This document shows, piece after piece, positions 40,430-50,471 of a DNA stretch of 64,000 nt. The translations under genes were made by a program, and so were the position numbers. The DNA is from a bacterium (GTDB lineage Bacteria > Cyanobacteriota > Vampirovibrionia > Gastranaerophilales > JBAXKC01). How positions within the stretch are numbered: the first letter of the stretch is position 1; each line of letters starts with the position of its first letter. Under the pieces are notes generated by a model that made no database searches, was not told the DNA's origin, and worked only from the letters and a program-made list of their open reading frames with translations. The stretch spans positions 1 through 64,000 of the forward strand of contig JBAXKC010000005.1 in assembly GCA_037137535.1 (NCBI GenBank). Reading direction: 5' to 3'.

Positions 40430-40714
40430 ATGATGAGTGACAATCAAAATAAAGTCATTTCACTCGCTGGTGCAAGAGAAAAAGATAAAGAAAAGCAATC
40501 AGATAAAAGTAATGAAAACAAAGAACCTCAGGTTCATTGTTCATTTTGTGGACGACCAAATTTTCAGGTTCTAAAAATGATAAAAGGTCCAGGGGTTAAT
40601 ATTTGCTCTGAGTGTGTAATGATTTGTATTCAGTTTTTAATTCTTGAAGATAGAGTTTCCTCTCCGGAAGTACAAAGGGTTTTAGACCAGTTTTGGCAAG
40701 GGTTTAGAAAATAA
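40430..40714 (+). CDS. Stand-alone ClpX-type C4 zinc-finger protein
   Basis: CSFCGR...MIKGPGVNICSECV; no AAA+ domain. Confidence 0.85.
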   Translation: MMSDNQNKVISLAGAREKDKEKQSDKSNENKEPQVHCSFCGRPNFQVLKMIKGPGVNICSECVMICIQFLILEDRVSSPEVQRVLDQFWQGFRK

Positions 40715-42444
40715 TGTCAAAGAGAACATTATCAAAACTTCAAATAAGATCAGAGATTTTATCAATATTATCAGTATTTAATAATATTGAAGATACTCCT
40801 AAAGAAAAACAGGATGAGGTTCTAAAGTCATTAAAGACCATAGAAAATAAATCTGATGTATTTGATTTTTTGCTTAAAGAATTGCCTAAATTAAGTATTG
40901 AACAAGCTCAAGTTGTAATTTATCTGTTTATTGAATTGGGTTCTTTGGATGAATTAAAAGAACCGTTATGGGCTTTTATAAAAGATTCTAATTCTTCTGA
41001 TGAACTTAAAGATCTCGCAGGTATTGCTTTACGTAGTCTTGGTGATGTTTCGGATACTCAGGTTTTTTTAAATTATCTTGATGATCCAAAAGCTGTTATT
41101 GATAAAGAAACTCAAAAGTTGCTTGAACTTGCAAAAATCAATCCGGAAGCGCAAATCGATTTTTTTGATTTTTTATTTTCGCTTCCTGAGGAAGAACAAC
41201 TTTCTCTTATAAGTTCATTAAAAACAGATTATTCAGGTGAATATATTGTAAATGTTCTTGTTCCCGCCTTGGAGTCAAACCCTTCGGGCAGAATTAAAGA
41301 AGCTTTAATAGAGGCATTGGGTGAAAGTAAGAATGAAGGTGCTGTTTCAATATTAAATGATATAGTTGATAATTCTACTGATTTGAAATTGAAGAAATTA
41401 GCTAAAAAAAATCTGACATTATTAAAAATTTCCGGCATAGATATAGAAAATAACATAGCTGATAAAAGAGGTGATACTCTTTGTAAGCATACCGATATAT
41501 ATGAATGTTACGCTAGTAATGTTGATGGTGTTGGTAATCAGGGCATTATTATAAGTAGAATAAAACCAAATCAAGATATTATGATGTTTACTGTCGTTAT
41601 AAATGATCTTGAAGGTATTGTTGATTGTTTTGGTTTTAACGGTATAAGTAAAACTGATTTTTCGAGAATTATTCATAAATTTCAAGAGAAATCAACACGT
41701 CTTTCGGTTTCGCCTGAATATTGCAAGTATAAACTTATACAGGCTGAAAGAATTAACAAAAAAAATAATTCAAATATTACTTATGAATATTCAGCATGGA
41801 AGATATTAACTCATGACTTTTTAGCGTTAGAAGAGCCTGTTGAAAATATTGCATTGGCTTGGGGGAATATTAATTATATATTTCAAGGATGTAATCTTTA
41901 TAATTATCCCGATTTTAAATACTGGTTTTTTGAAGAGTCAGATCATCCTAAAATTAAAGAATTTTTAGATAAAATTGTTAATAATATTCTTAAAGATGTG
42001 ACTTATTATAAAGAAAATATAGATAAGTTGTTTGTATATTTGAATAATGAAATAAAATTAATTCTTCCTGAAATTTTTGATGATAAATTAAGGGCTTGTT
42101 ATAAAAACAGATTACTAAATATCGCATATCTTATGGATTTGCAAGGATTTAACTCTTTTAGAAATATATCAAGTTCTGTTGCTATTTCACTTGATGCTAA
42201 TTATAAAGTACCATTATCTGAAAATGTATTTGTTTTTGAATTGATGAAAAAAACTGTTAGTGAAGGTTTTTTACGACACAGGCAAAAACTTAAAGATGCT
42301 CAGCTAAATTCACAATTTGTAACATCATGGAATATTAAAAAATTGAAACAAGCTCAAGAACCTTTGCCGGCTTGTGATGATAGTGGAGTTTGCGAGATAA
42401 TTGACCTTTTATATGAAGAATGGATGTTTAAACCGTCATGTTAG
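40714..42444 (+). CDS. Hypothetical protein with HEAT-like repeats and an uncharacterised C-terminal domain
   Basis: ALRSLG, LVPALE...ALIEALGE...AVSILND; DGVGNQG and GIVDCFG motifs; overlaps both neighbours. Confidence 0.65.
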   Translation: MSKRTLSKLQIRSEILSILSVFNNIEDTPKEKQDEVLKSLKTIENKSDVFDFLLKELPKLSIEQAQVVIYLFIELGSLDELKEPLWAFIKDSNSSDELKDLAGIALRSLGDVSDTQVFLNYLDDPKAVIDKETQKLLELAKINPEAQIDFFDFLFSLPEEEQLSLISSLKTDYSGEYIVNVLVPALESNPSGRIKEALIEALGESKNEGAVSILNDIVDNSTDLKLKKLAKKNLTLLKISGIDIENNIADKRGDTLCKHTDIYECYASNVDGVGNQGIIISRIKPNQDIMMFTVVINDLEGIVDCFGFNGISKTDFSRIIHKFQEKSTRLSVSPEYCKYKLIQAERINKKNNSNITYEYSAWKILTHDFLALEEPVENIALAWGNINYIFQGCNLYNYPDFKYWFFEESDHPKIKEFLDKIVNNILKDVTYYKENIDKLFVYLNNEIKLILPEIFDDKLRACYKNRLLNIAYLMDLQGFNSFRNISSSVAISLDANYKVPLSENVFVFELMKKTVSEGFLRHRQKLKDAQLNSQFVTSWNIKKLKQAQEPLPACDDSGVCEIIDLLYEEWMFKPSC

Positions 42445-42875
42445 ATGAAAGATTTATAGGGCTTGATGTAGGTAATAAGAGAATCGGCGTATCTTTAAGT
42501 GATAGGTTGCTTCTTACTGCTCAGCCCCTAAAGACGATTAATAGAATGCCTGAAGTTAAGGCAATAGAAGAATTGTCAAAAATAATAAAAGAAAACGGAG
42601 TGACAGGTATAGTTGTAGGGCTTCCAAAAAATATGAACGGCTCTATAGGTTTTCAAGCTGATAATGTACAAAATTTTGCAGAACTGCTTGAACAAAGTTT
42701 TAATCTTGATATAATTTTTGAAGATGAAAGATTATCTAGTAGACAAGCGGAAAGGTTTTTATCGGAACAAAACGTAAAACCTTCTCGCAATAAAGGGTTA
42801 ATAGACGTTGCCTCAGCGGCAATAATATTACAATTGTATTTGGACAAAAGGAGAATTCAAAATGGAAGATCTTAA
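42438..42875 (+). CDS. ruvX: RuvX/YqgF pre-16S rRNA nuclease
   Basis: GLDVG.KRIGVS.SD, VVGLP..MNG, DERLSS, D..SA..IL..YL. Confidence 0.93.
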   Translation: MLDERFIGLDVGNKRIGVSLSDRLLLTAQPLKTINRMPEVKAIEELSKIIKENGVTGIVVGLPKNMNGSIGFQADNVQNFAELLEQSFNLDIIFEDERLSSRQAERFLSEQNVKPSRNKGLIDVASAAIILQLYLDKRRIQNGRS

Positions 42876-43218
42876 CAATATTGAAACAAAAATCATCAGA
42901 ACTCAGGATGAAAATGGCGAAGTTCATAACTTTGAGCTTGTTGATGTTGTAGAAGTAGACGGAAATGAGTATGGTTTATTAGTTTACGTTGATGAAGATG
43001 AAACTGCTGAAACTGAAAAATCAGAAGGTTGTGGATGCAGCAACGAAGAGTGTGGTTGTGAAGAAGAAGAAGAAATTATCATTATGAAATTAAATAAAAG
43101 TGGTGAGTCTTATTCATTCGAAACAATCGAAGACGATGATGAATTCAGCAAAGTTGTTGAATATCTTGAAACAGAATGTGCTGATGATGACGAAGAAGAT
43201 GAAGAAGACGCAGAATAA
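42862..43218 (+). CDS. DUF1292-like acidic protein
   Basis: DENGEVHNFE, EYGLL, IEDDDEF..V; follows yqgF as in Firmicutes; Cys-containing insert GCGCSNEECGC. Confidence 0.8.
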   Translation: MEDLNNIETKIIRTQDENGEVHNFELVDVVEVDGNEYGLLVYVDEDETAETEKSEGCGCSNEECGCEEEEEIIIMKLNKSGESYSFETIEDDDEFSKVVEYLETECADDDEEDEEDAE

Positions 43219-43234
43219 GTTTCTTTAATCCAAT

Positions 43235-43276
43235 AAATCCCTCCTGAGTTTTAATGATGCAGGAGGGATTTGTTTG
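43235..43276 (+). terminator. Intrinsic terminator
   Basis: AAATCCCTCCTG...CAGGAGGGATTT. Confidence 0.75.
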
Positions 43277-43340
43277 TAAATGCAATTATTCATTTTATAA
43301 ATGTGTTAGTATTAATTAGCAATATTAAATTAGTTATGAG

Positions 43341-43757
43341 GTGTGTCTTTTGACAGTAATTTTAGAATATAGAGAAATTCTTTCAACAGGCATAAAAAAA
43401 ATTGATGACCAACATAAAAAACTATATCAGCTGATAAATGATTTATTTACAGCGTGCGTTAATGGTTATGATAAAGAAATGATTTCTACTATTCTTTCCG
43501 ATCTTGCCGAGTATATTGACGTTCATTTTAAAGATGAAGAAGATATAATGCAGTCTGTGGGCTACTCTGATTTTTTAATTCATAAATCGGAACATGATAA
43601 ATTTTATAGTCTTGTTGTAGGGATTTTGAAAGAGTATGAATTAACAGGTGTAACTGATAATTTAATAAATGATACAAAGAAACTTTTAGTAGACTGGCTT
43701 TTAAGTCATTTAAATCATTTTGATAAAAAGTTGGCAATTTTCATCAAATCTCAGTAA
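43341..43757 (+). CDS. Bacteriohemerythrin
   Basis: TGIKKIDDQH, HFKDEE, HKSEH, WLLSHLNHFD. Confidence 0.92.
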   Translation: MCLLTVILEYREILSTGIKKIDDQHKKLYQLINDLFTACVNGYDKEMISTILSDLAEYIDVHFKDEEDIMQSVGYSDFLIHKSEHDKFYSLVVGILKEYELTGVTDNLINDTKKLLVDWLLSHLNHFDKKLAIFIKSQ

Positions 43758-43823
43758 TTATGTTAAGAAATAATTCTAAAGATAAAGTATTGTTAATATT
43801 TTGCTCAAAAACAACAAATTCAT

Positions 43824-43851
43824 AGAAGTTTTTTTTAAAAGCTGCCGATAC
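43824..43851 (+). promoter_or_regulatory. Candidate sigma-28-type promoter of the three-gene operon
   Basis: AGAAG, 15 bp, GCCGATAC. Confidence 0.5.
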
Positions 43852-44097
43852 AAATGGTAGCTTTTTAGTTTTAGAAGTTGAGAGTTTGTTTTAAGAGAGA
43901 AGTTTAGCTTATGGGAAAAAATTGTTTTTTCAATTCATGTTTCATATTTGAAAATATGCTAAATAGCATGTATTTAAGTGCTTTTGGGCATGTAAACAAT
44001 TGTAAAAAAAAGTATAAATATGAGAGTTTTTTTAACATGTTTTTAATTTATATGACTTTTTATTATTACGATAGAATTTGGGCTGAGGTCATAATTA

Positions 44098-45411
44098 ATG
44101 GTTAGCAAAATAGATAACTCAAAATTGTTTGAAAAATTTGCTTTGAAGCCACAGCAACAGCAAGCTCCTGCTCCTGTGACACAGCAGGCTGAAGTTGTTC
44201 CTGTTCAGGTTCAAAAGGAAATGGAAGGGGTTCAAGCAAAGACTCACGAGCCAAAGCAAGATGAACTTAACATCGGGCATGCATCGGATCACATGGTTTC
44301 TAATGATGCTCTTACAAAAATGAAAGTCCAAGTCGAAAAGACATCAAAGCTACCTGAATACGCTATTAGGGGAATGAAAGGCGATCAGGATGCTAATTTC
44401 TATGAGTTTTTAGAATTAGGTAAAGTTCCTTATTTTCTTGGTGGTGCTGTTTTAACTGCATGTTATGCTGCCGGTGGTAAGGGGGCTGCTCCATTTGTAA
44501 CAAGAATGGGAGCCGGTGCTGCATTTTTCTATACAGCTGCAATGTTAGGAAAGAATGCTATTGCTCTTCCTGTTCAGTTATTAAGAGGTATTGATCTTAA
44601 TCATCCTTACAGAGATATTGTAGATTGTAGAGCAGTAGATGCTCAAGGTACATCTCCGAAAAAGAAAGAATATCACAAAGTATTTGAAAGTATCGACTTT
44701 ACAAGATGGGATCTTCTTGAAAATCATGAAAAAGGAGATGTTAAAAACAACCCAAGGCTTATTAACGCTAAATATGACCGTATCGCTAAGAAAATGGGCA
44801 TAAAAGAAAAAGACCTTAATGACTCAGATAGCACATTAAGAGCTTATATCAAGAAAACACTTGTCATGAGTAAAGCTGCTCAATATATGAGTATAGCTTT
44901 ATTTGCACCACTAGCTATTGGTGTAGCTAATGTTCGTGAAATGGAATCACTTGGTCATAATATGTTTGGAGATATTGCTAAACATCTTGCAAAGCCTAAG
45001 GCTGACGCTACTATTGCCTCAACAACAAAGGATGTGTTCAGTATTATAAAATCTGCTACAACTGATGTTATTGGTAGATCCTTTAAATCACTATGGACAG
45101 GTGAGGGTAATACGCATACTATAAAGGGTGTTAAAAATACAATAGGAAGCGTGAAAACATCTGACCTCTTTAAGCAAATGACAGGTGGAGAGTTCTTCCA
45201 ATCATTAAATGGATTGCTTAAGAAACATGGCGGAAAAGCATTAATCCTTGCTCCGTTAGTAACATCAGTAGCCGCAAACGCATGGATTTACTTCCACACA
45301 AATGCAGGCAAGAAAAAAGTATTACCTGCCGCAGAGTTTGCTATCGATAAGCAAAGACTTGCTGAACAATCAGCTCAAGGGGACAACACTCAACAAGTTA
45401 AGCCACAGTAG
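44098..45411 (+). CDS. Hypothetical Gly/Ala-rich membrane-associated protein, paralog of the next gene
   Basis: 437 aa; GAGG RBS; Q/P-rich N-terminus; several moderately hydrophobic helices. Confidence 0.75.
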   Translation: MVSKIDNSKLFEKFALKPQQQQAPAPVTQQAEVVPVQVQKEMEGVQAKTHEPKQDELNIGHASDHMVSNDALTKMKVQVEKTSKLPEYAIRGMKGDQDANFYEFLELGKVPYFLGGAVLTACYAAGGKGAAPFVTRMGAGAAFFYTAAMLGKNAIALPVQLLRGIDLNHPYRDIVDCRAVDAQGTSPKKKEYHKVFESIDFTRWDLLENHEKGDVKNNPRLINAKYDRIAKKMGIKEKDLNDSDSTLRAYIKKTLVMSKAAQYMSIALFAPLAIGVANVREMESLGHNMFGDIAKHLAKPKADATIASTTKDVFSIIKSATTDVIGRSFKSLWTGEGNTHTIKGVKNTIGSVKTSDLFKQMTGGEFFQSLNGLLKKHGGKALILAPLVTSVAANAWIYFHTNAGKKKVLPAAEFAIDKQRLAEQSAQGDNTQQVKPQ

Positions 45412-45428
45412 GGTTAGGGGATATTAAA

Positions 45429-48158
45429 ATGGTTAACATTAATCGAAATCTCACATTTACAAATGCAGACTTGATTAAAAAACAGTTTCAGATGAAGCCG
45501 TCTAATCAGCAAGCTCAACCTGCTCCTGTGGTTGAAAATAGTCCGCAAAAAGCTAATCAGGAATTGATTGCAGATACATTAAAATTAAGAAACGTTGAGC
45601 CTGACAAACCAAAAGGTAAAACATTTAACAGAGGTCTTCTTCAGTGGCCACAAGAAATATATGAAACCAACGTTAAAGGTGCAAAAGTTCTTTGGAAAGC
45701 TATGGCTAAAGGCGAAGGCAACGATAAAGATATCGGAAGCCTTAACGATTTAGCGTTAGGTTTGGGCAGTTTAGGTATTGCTGCTGCTTTAGCACTTAGA
45801 CCTAAGGCTTCCCCTGCCGAAAGAGCTATGGAATTTGCCGGTTTTGGAACATGGTTTGCAGCGCAAGCTATTTGGCCAAAAACTATTCTCGCAGGACCTG
45901 TTAAATTTTTTACCGGTGTAGATATTAATAAAACTTATCAGCATAGTGAAGGCAAAATTAATAGAACGCTTACTGATCCTCAATATATTCCTTGGGATCA
46001 CTATACTCAAAAAGAATATGATGAAGTTGGTAAAAAATGTCATATTCCTGAAAATATCAAAGATAGAAATAAACATGTTCAAAATAAAATCAGACAGGTT
46101 GGCGTTCAGTCAAATACTTTATGGATGCTGACAGCAGGTTTTTCAACTCCGTTAATTTCCAGTTTATTTGCTGATAGATTAAGACCGGCTGTTGCAGGTG
46201 GTCTTGAGATGGTAAATGAAACAAAAAATTCTATGAAGTTATTCGGATTCAAGAAAACACTTCACGATAGAATTGATAGAGCTCTTCAAAATCTTGAACA
46301 TAAGATGATTCCTAACGCTACAGGTAACGGATTAGGTTCTGTGGGTAGAGGTGTTCAAAACTTCTTCATTAGTGCTGATAATATGTTAGGAACTATTAAA
46401 AAGCCTATTTTATCCACAGTTCAACATCTTGTCGGCTATAAGCCTGAAGAAGCATTAAAAGGTTTTGATTCTAAAGCTGAATCTATTTCTAAGAAAACTG
46501 CTGAGCAAATGGAAAAATTACTTGAGTCTAATCCTAATAAAGAGAAAATGACAAGTGAATTAGCAAATATGTTTAAAGATTCTAGTGAATTAGGTTCATT
46601 TAGACATACTGACTTATTTAACAGTATTGTTAAAACTGTATCTTCTAAAATGGATGAAATTCCTGGAAAAGATGCGACTAAACAAGCAGAGCTTAAAAAA
46701 CAAATCGTTAGTGTTGTTTCATCGGCTAAGAAATTTGTTGAGATGGCAAAAGATGTTGAAGGCTATGCTAAAACAACACTCGGTAATTACGCTGATACAA
46801 CTATAGCTCACGCTTGGGATCAAGCTCCTAGAGAAATGATGGATGCTTTAAGACTTCCTAATGCTGTAAGAGTTAAATTACAAAGTGTTAACGGTCAAAC
46901 TCCTAATGGTATAAGTGCAGTTGCTCTTGAAATTTCTGATTATATTCATAAACTTCCTGCTGCTGAAAGAGAAGAAGTTAAAATTGCATTAGATAATGTT
47001 ATTCATAAGCACGATAGTAAGTTATCAGGAATGGCTGAGAGAGTAGGTGTTGTCTTTACTGAAGGAGGAGCTAAAGAGACTGAAAATGGTGTAATGCAAA
47101 AATTAAGAGCATACTCTAAAGACCTTAGCACTCAACTTTATGATAGTGATGATTTTAAAACAGCAAATATTTATATGGATAATCTGAGTAATATGGTCAG
47201 AGATCGTATTATGAATACAAAAAATTCCTTCCATAAAATGCCTGTGTTATTTGAAGCTCATACAAAAGAAGTTGAATTAATTGCTGAGTATAATAAAAAG
47301 AATCCGACTAAAGCTATTGATCTTAAAAATGGCGTGACTAATATAGTAATGGAATTGTCAAGTAAACCTAAGGAAGCACTTAACGATCATGAAAAAACAT
47401 TACTTGAGGGTCTAACTAAATCAATGAAGTTTAAGAGTACTTTTGATCCGCATAACTTAATGACAGTTGACAAAGGTGTAAGTTTAGATGAATTCTTAAA
47501 TAAATGCAGAGCGATTTATGGAAGTAATCCTGCAACAGAAGCTAAAGGCACTATAAATGAGATGTTAAATCAATTATTTGTGTCAATGTATAAAATTGAG
47601 GATACAGGTAAGGATCTCAGTAAATGGACAGAGGCAGCTCTTACTGATTTATTAAAAGGTGATAATCAATTAGCAAAACAATTAAAATCTGCAAGTGGTG
47701 ATGACCTTAAACATATGCTTGAGGCTAATGATCACCAGTTAGAAAAAACGATTAATTCTCATTTGGGTGAATTATTTAATCAAGCTAAGTCAACAATGAC
47801 AGAAAAAGGTTTAATATCACTTACTGAAGATTCAATTAAAGCTATATTTAATGAAACCTTTAATAAAGCGGGTATTGATGTTTCTCATTCGTTAAAAACA
47901 CAAGCATTTATTGAAGAAAAAGCTGATGCTCTTGCTCCAAAACTTAAATCAGCTGGAGCTTGGTTAGGTAAAGCTCTTGATAAATTTATCGCAGATGCAG
48001 CAGGTGAGACTGTACTTTACAGAGGTTGGTTGACAAAAGTCGGTAGTGCATTCGCTGTTCTTACAGGTGTAACATTAATCGCTTCATCAATGATGGGCAA
48101 GAAAAACAAATATAATCCGGGTGTCTATGAGGTAAGGGAGACCAAGAAATATGAATAA
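45429..48158 (+). CDS. Large hypothetical protein: hydrophobic N-terminal domain, long helical middle, C-terminal hydrophobic helix
   Basis: 909 aa; overlaps the start of the downstream GH13 gene; N-terminal domain similar to the 44098 protein. Confidence 0.75.
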   Translation: MVNINRNLTFTNADLIKKQFQMKPSNQQAQPAPVVENSPQKANQELIADTLKLRNVEPDKPKGKTFNRGLLQWPQEIYETNVKGAKVLWKAMAKGEGNDKDIGSLNDLALGLGSLGIAAALALRPKASPAERAMEFAGFGTWFAAQAIWPKTILAGPVKFFTGVDINKTYQHSEGKINRTLTDPQYIPWDHYTQKEYDEVGKKCHIPENIKDRNKHVQNKIRQVGVQSNTLWMLTAGFSTPLISSLFADRLRPAVAGGLEMVNETKNSMKLFGFKKTLHDRIDRALQNLEHKMIPNATGNGLGSVGRGVQNFFISADNMLGTIKKPILSTVQHLVGYKPEEALKGFDSKAESISKKTAEQMEKLLESNPNKEKMTSELANMFKDSSELGSFRHTDLFNSIVKTVSSKMDEIPGKDATKQAELKKQIVSVVSSAKKFVEMAKDVEGYAKTTLGNYADTTIAHAWDQAPREMMDALRLPNAVRVKLQSVNGQTPNGISAVALEISDYIHKLPAAEREEVKIALDNVIHKHDSKLSGMAERVGVVFTEGGAKETENGVMQKLRAYSKDLSTQLYDSDDFKTANIYMDNLSNMVRDRIMNTKNSFHKMPVLFEAHTKEVELIAEYNKKNPTKAIDLKNGVTNIVMELSSKPKEALNDHEKTLLEGLTKSMKFKSTFDPHNLMTVDKGVSLDEFLNKCRAIYGSNPATEAKGTINEMLNQLFVSMYKIEDTGKDLSKWTEAALTDLLKGDNQLAKQLKSASGDDLKHMLEANDHQLEKTINSHLGELFNQAKSTMTEKGLISLTEDSIKAIFNETFNKAGIDVSHSLKTQAFIEEKADALAPKLKSAGAWLGKALDKFIADAAGETVLYRGWLTKVGSAFAVLTGVTLIASSMMGKKNKYNPGVYEVRETKKYE

Positions 48159-50118
48159 CGTTCAAAATAACAATAATCAGTTTATTGTAAAACTTCCTTT
48201 GAATAAAACTAATCAGCCGTTACCTCAACAGCCTGTGTATGTTGCTCCTGCGGCTACACATGTGAATCAGCAGCCAAATCAGGTAGTTTATGCAAATAAT
48301 ATTCCTAATATTTTCTTTAAATCACCACAACCTCAAAAAGCTGTTGTTGCTCCACAAGTAGCTCCACAGCAACAAGCTAATACTCAATCAATGTCGTCAG
48401 ATTGGGTTTCAAGTTGGATAAAAGTTAAAATGCCTGCAGCGGCTAATGCTTCAACAGCAGTAGCAAAGGCTGCTCCGGTTCAGAAAATATCTGATGTGAA
48501 ACTTGATCCGAATTTTCATTGGAAAAACGACCTTAGGCAGTTATTCCACGAAAATAAAGCTTGTATTATGGCAGTGTTAATGAATACATTCAATGCTAAA
48601 GATAAAGATGGTGACAGATTAATTCAACCGTCTAAAGGTGAAGAATTCGGCACTTGGTATAATGGTATCGAGCGTCTTGATGAGATGAAAGCATTAGGTA
48701 TTAATACATTACACATTCTTCCTCCAAACCCACCCGGTGCAAAAGGTGCTATGGGGAACAACGGTTCAAGATATGCTGTTGATGATTATACTAAATTAGA
48801 TCCAATGCTTGATGATCCAAAATGTCCTCTTGGCGTGGAAGATGAAGCAAAATTATTCATTCAGGAAGCTCATAAACGTGGTATCAGAGTAATGTTTGAC
48901 CTTGCAAGCTGTTTCTCAATCGATCAGTTTGAAAAATCTGCTGCTAATCAAGATAAAAATCCTGCAACTCCAAAAGTAGCTGTAAATCCTGACGGTACAC
49001 CGGCTATTCCTCAAGGTTGGGAAGACATTAGAATGATGGATCCTTGGGAAGATAAAGATAAGAGAATTTTACACAAAGGCTTGATGGATTATCATAAAAA
49101 ATTCATTGATTTGGCACAAAGAATTGGTGTTGATGGTATCAGAGCTGACGTTGCAAGAGCGAAACCTGTTGAATTCTGGAATGAATTAATTGCATATTCC
49201 AGAAGTAAAGATCCAAACTTCTGCTGGTTAGCTGAAAGCTATTGTTATGAAGATGCCTCACCAATGCAAAACGTACCTGCTGATAGACCTGAAGAGCTGT
49301 TAAAAGTTGGTTTCGATTCATACTATGGTCAAGATCACTTATTCCCATTATGGAAAAACAGTAAAGATTTCCATGACAATATGCTTCTAAACCTTGATCT
49401 TTCACATAAAGTAGGGCCTAATAAGTCTGTAATCGGTTCAATGCATACCCATGATGATAGAAGTCCTATGTCAAACGGTGGCGCTCCATACTGTTGTTTA
49501 ACAGCAGGCGCTCAACTTACATTACCGATGACTAATCCATACTTTACAATCGGTTTTGAATCAGGTGACAGATATTTATATCCATACGATGGCAAGCCTG
49601 TTCAAGGTTGGGCAAGAACAGACTCTAAAACCTATGTAACTCATAGTGAGTTTATCGACATCTTTAATACGTCAGATAAACCGCATGGCGATAATCCTGA
49701 AATCGGCCAATATATGACTGATATGACAAAAGTTAGAAAGCAATATGAAGATGTTATTACCAAAGGTTCTTACATTCCGTTAAAAACTACTAATAAAGAA
49801 GATTTAATTATCGGTTATGCAAGACACTATAACGGTAAAACCTTACTTGCTATTGCTAACAAAGATGTAAATGCTGTTCAGCAAGGAAAAGTGAAAGTAC
49901 CAACTTTAAAAGAAGGACAAGTTCTTAAAGATCTTTCACCTGCTTATGGTGCACCAAGTAATTATGTCGCTAAAAACGGAGAAGTTGACGTAGAACTTGG
50001 ACCAGCTAGATTCCATCTTTTTGAAATTGATACACCTGAAATAGAAAAAGCTGCTGATGGCGTATATTCTCAAAACCTTGATTTATCTATGTATGAACAA
50101 ACTCCAATAAAAGATTAA
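48151..50118 (+). CDS. GH13 alpha-amylase family enzyme with Q/P/N-rich N-terminal extension
   Basis: RLDEMKALGINTLHILP, GSRYAV.DY, AHKRGIRVMFD, catalytic GIRADVA / LAES / HTHDD. Confidence 0.88.
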   Translation: MNNVQNNNNQFIVKLPLNKTNQPLPQQPVYVAPAATHVNQQPNQVVYANNIPNIFFKSPQPQKAVVAPQVAPQQQANTQSMSSDWVSSWIKVKMPAAANASTAVAKAAPVQKISDVKLDPNFHWKNDLRQLFHENKACIMAVLMNTFNAKDKDGDRLIQPSKGEEFGTWYNGIERLDEMKALGINTLHILPPNPPGAKGAMGNNGSRYAVDDYTKLDPMLDDPKCPLGVEDEAKLFIQEAHKRGIRVMFDLASCFSIDQFEKSAANQDKNPATPKVAVNPDGTPAIPQGWEDIRMMDPWEDKDKRILHKGLMDYHKKFIDLAQRIGVDGIRADVARAKPVEFWNELIAYSRSKDPNFCWLAESYCYEDASPMQNVPADRPEELLKVGFDSYYGQDHLFPLWKNSKDFHDNMLLNLDLSHKVGPNKSVIGSMHTHDDRSPMSNGGAPYCCLTAGAQLTLPMTNPYFTIGFESGDRYLYPYDGKPVQGWARTDSKTYVTHSEFIDIFNTSDKPHGDNPEIGQYMTDMTKVRKQYEDVITKGSYIPLKTTNKEDLIIGYARHYNGKTLLAIANKDVNAVQQGKVKVPTLKEGQVLKDLSPAYGAPSNYVAKNGEVDVELGPARFHLFEIDTPEIEKAADGVYSQNLDLSMYEQTPIKD

Positions 50119-50145
50119 TCTAGTAAAATAACTAAATTAATTATA

Positions 50146-50180
50146 AAAATCCCTTACATTATTTAAGATGTAAGGGATTT
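50146..50180 (+). terminator. Intrinsic terminator
   Basis: AAAATCCCTTACAT...ATGTAAGGGATTTT. Confidence 0.8.
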
Positions 50181-50471
50181 TAGCTATAAAGACGGGCATT
50201 TAAACCCTAATGCCAGCTTGCCGTTTTATGACAAAGTCCGACTAGAATAAAAACGCCCTATATTTAATAACCCTGCATAAGGTAATTCCATAAAAAAGAT
50301 AAATCGCAACAGTATCGTAACATTGACTTCACGTCTTGTATTAACTTATCTTTTCTTATCCTTTATAAATATATCATTATGTTATATAAACAACATCGGT
50401 TGTTCGTTCTACAACAATTGTCTATAATTACAAATATATTACCATAATATTGTTGTACAACAATTGGCTTA

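Noticed and set aside
43911-44105. 64 aa ORF upstream of the 44098 operon
   Set aside because: F/N/K/Y-rich composition typical of AT-rich non-coding DNA; coincides with the CATGT-repeat leader. A leader peptide cannot be fully excluded.
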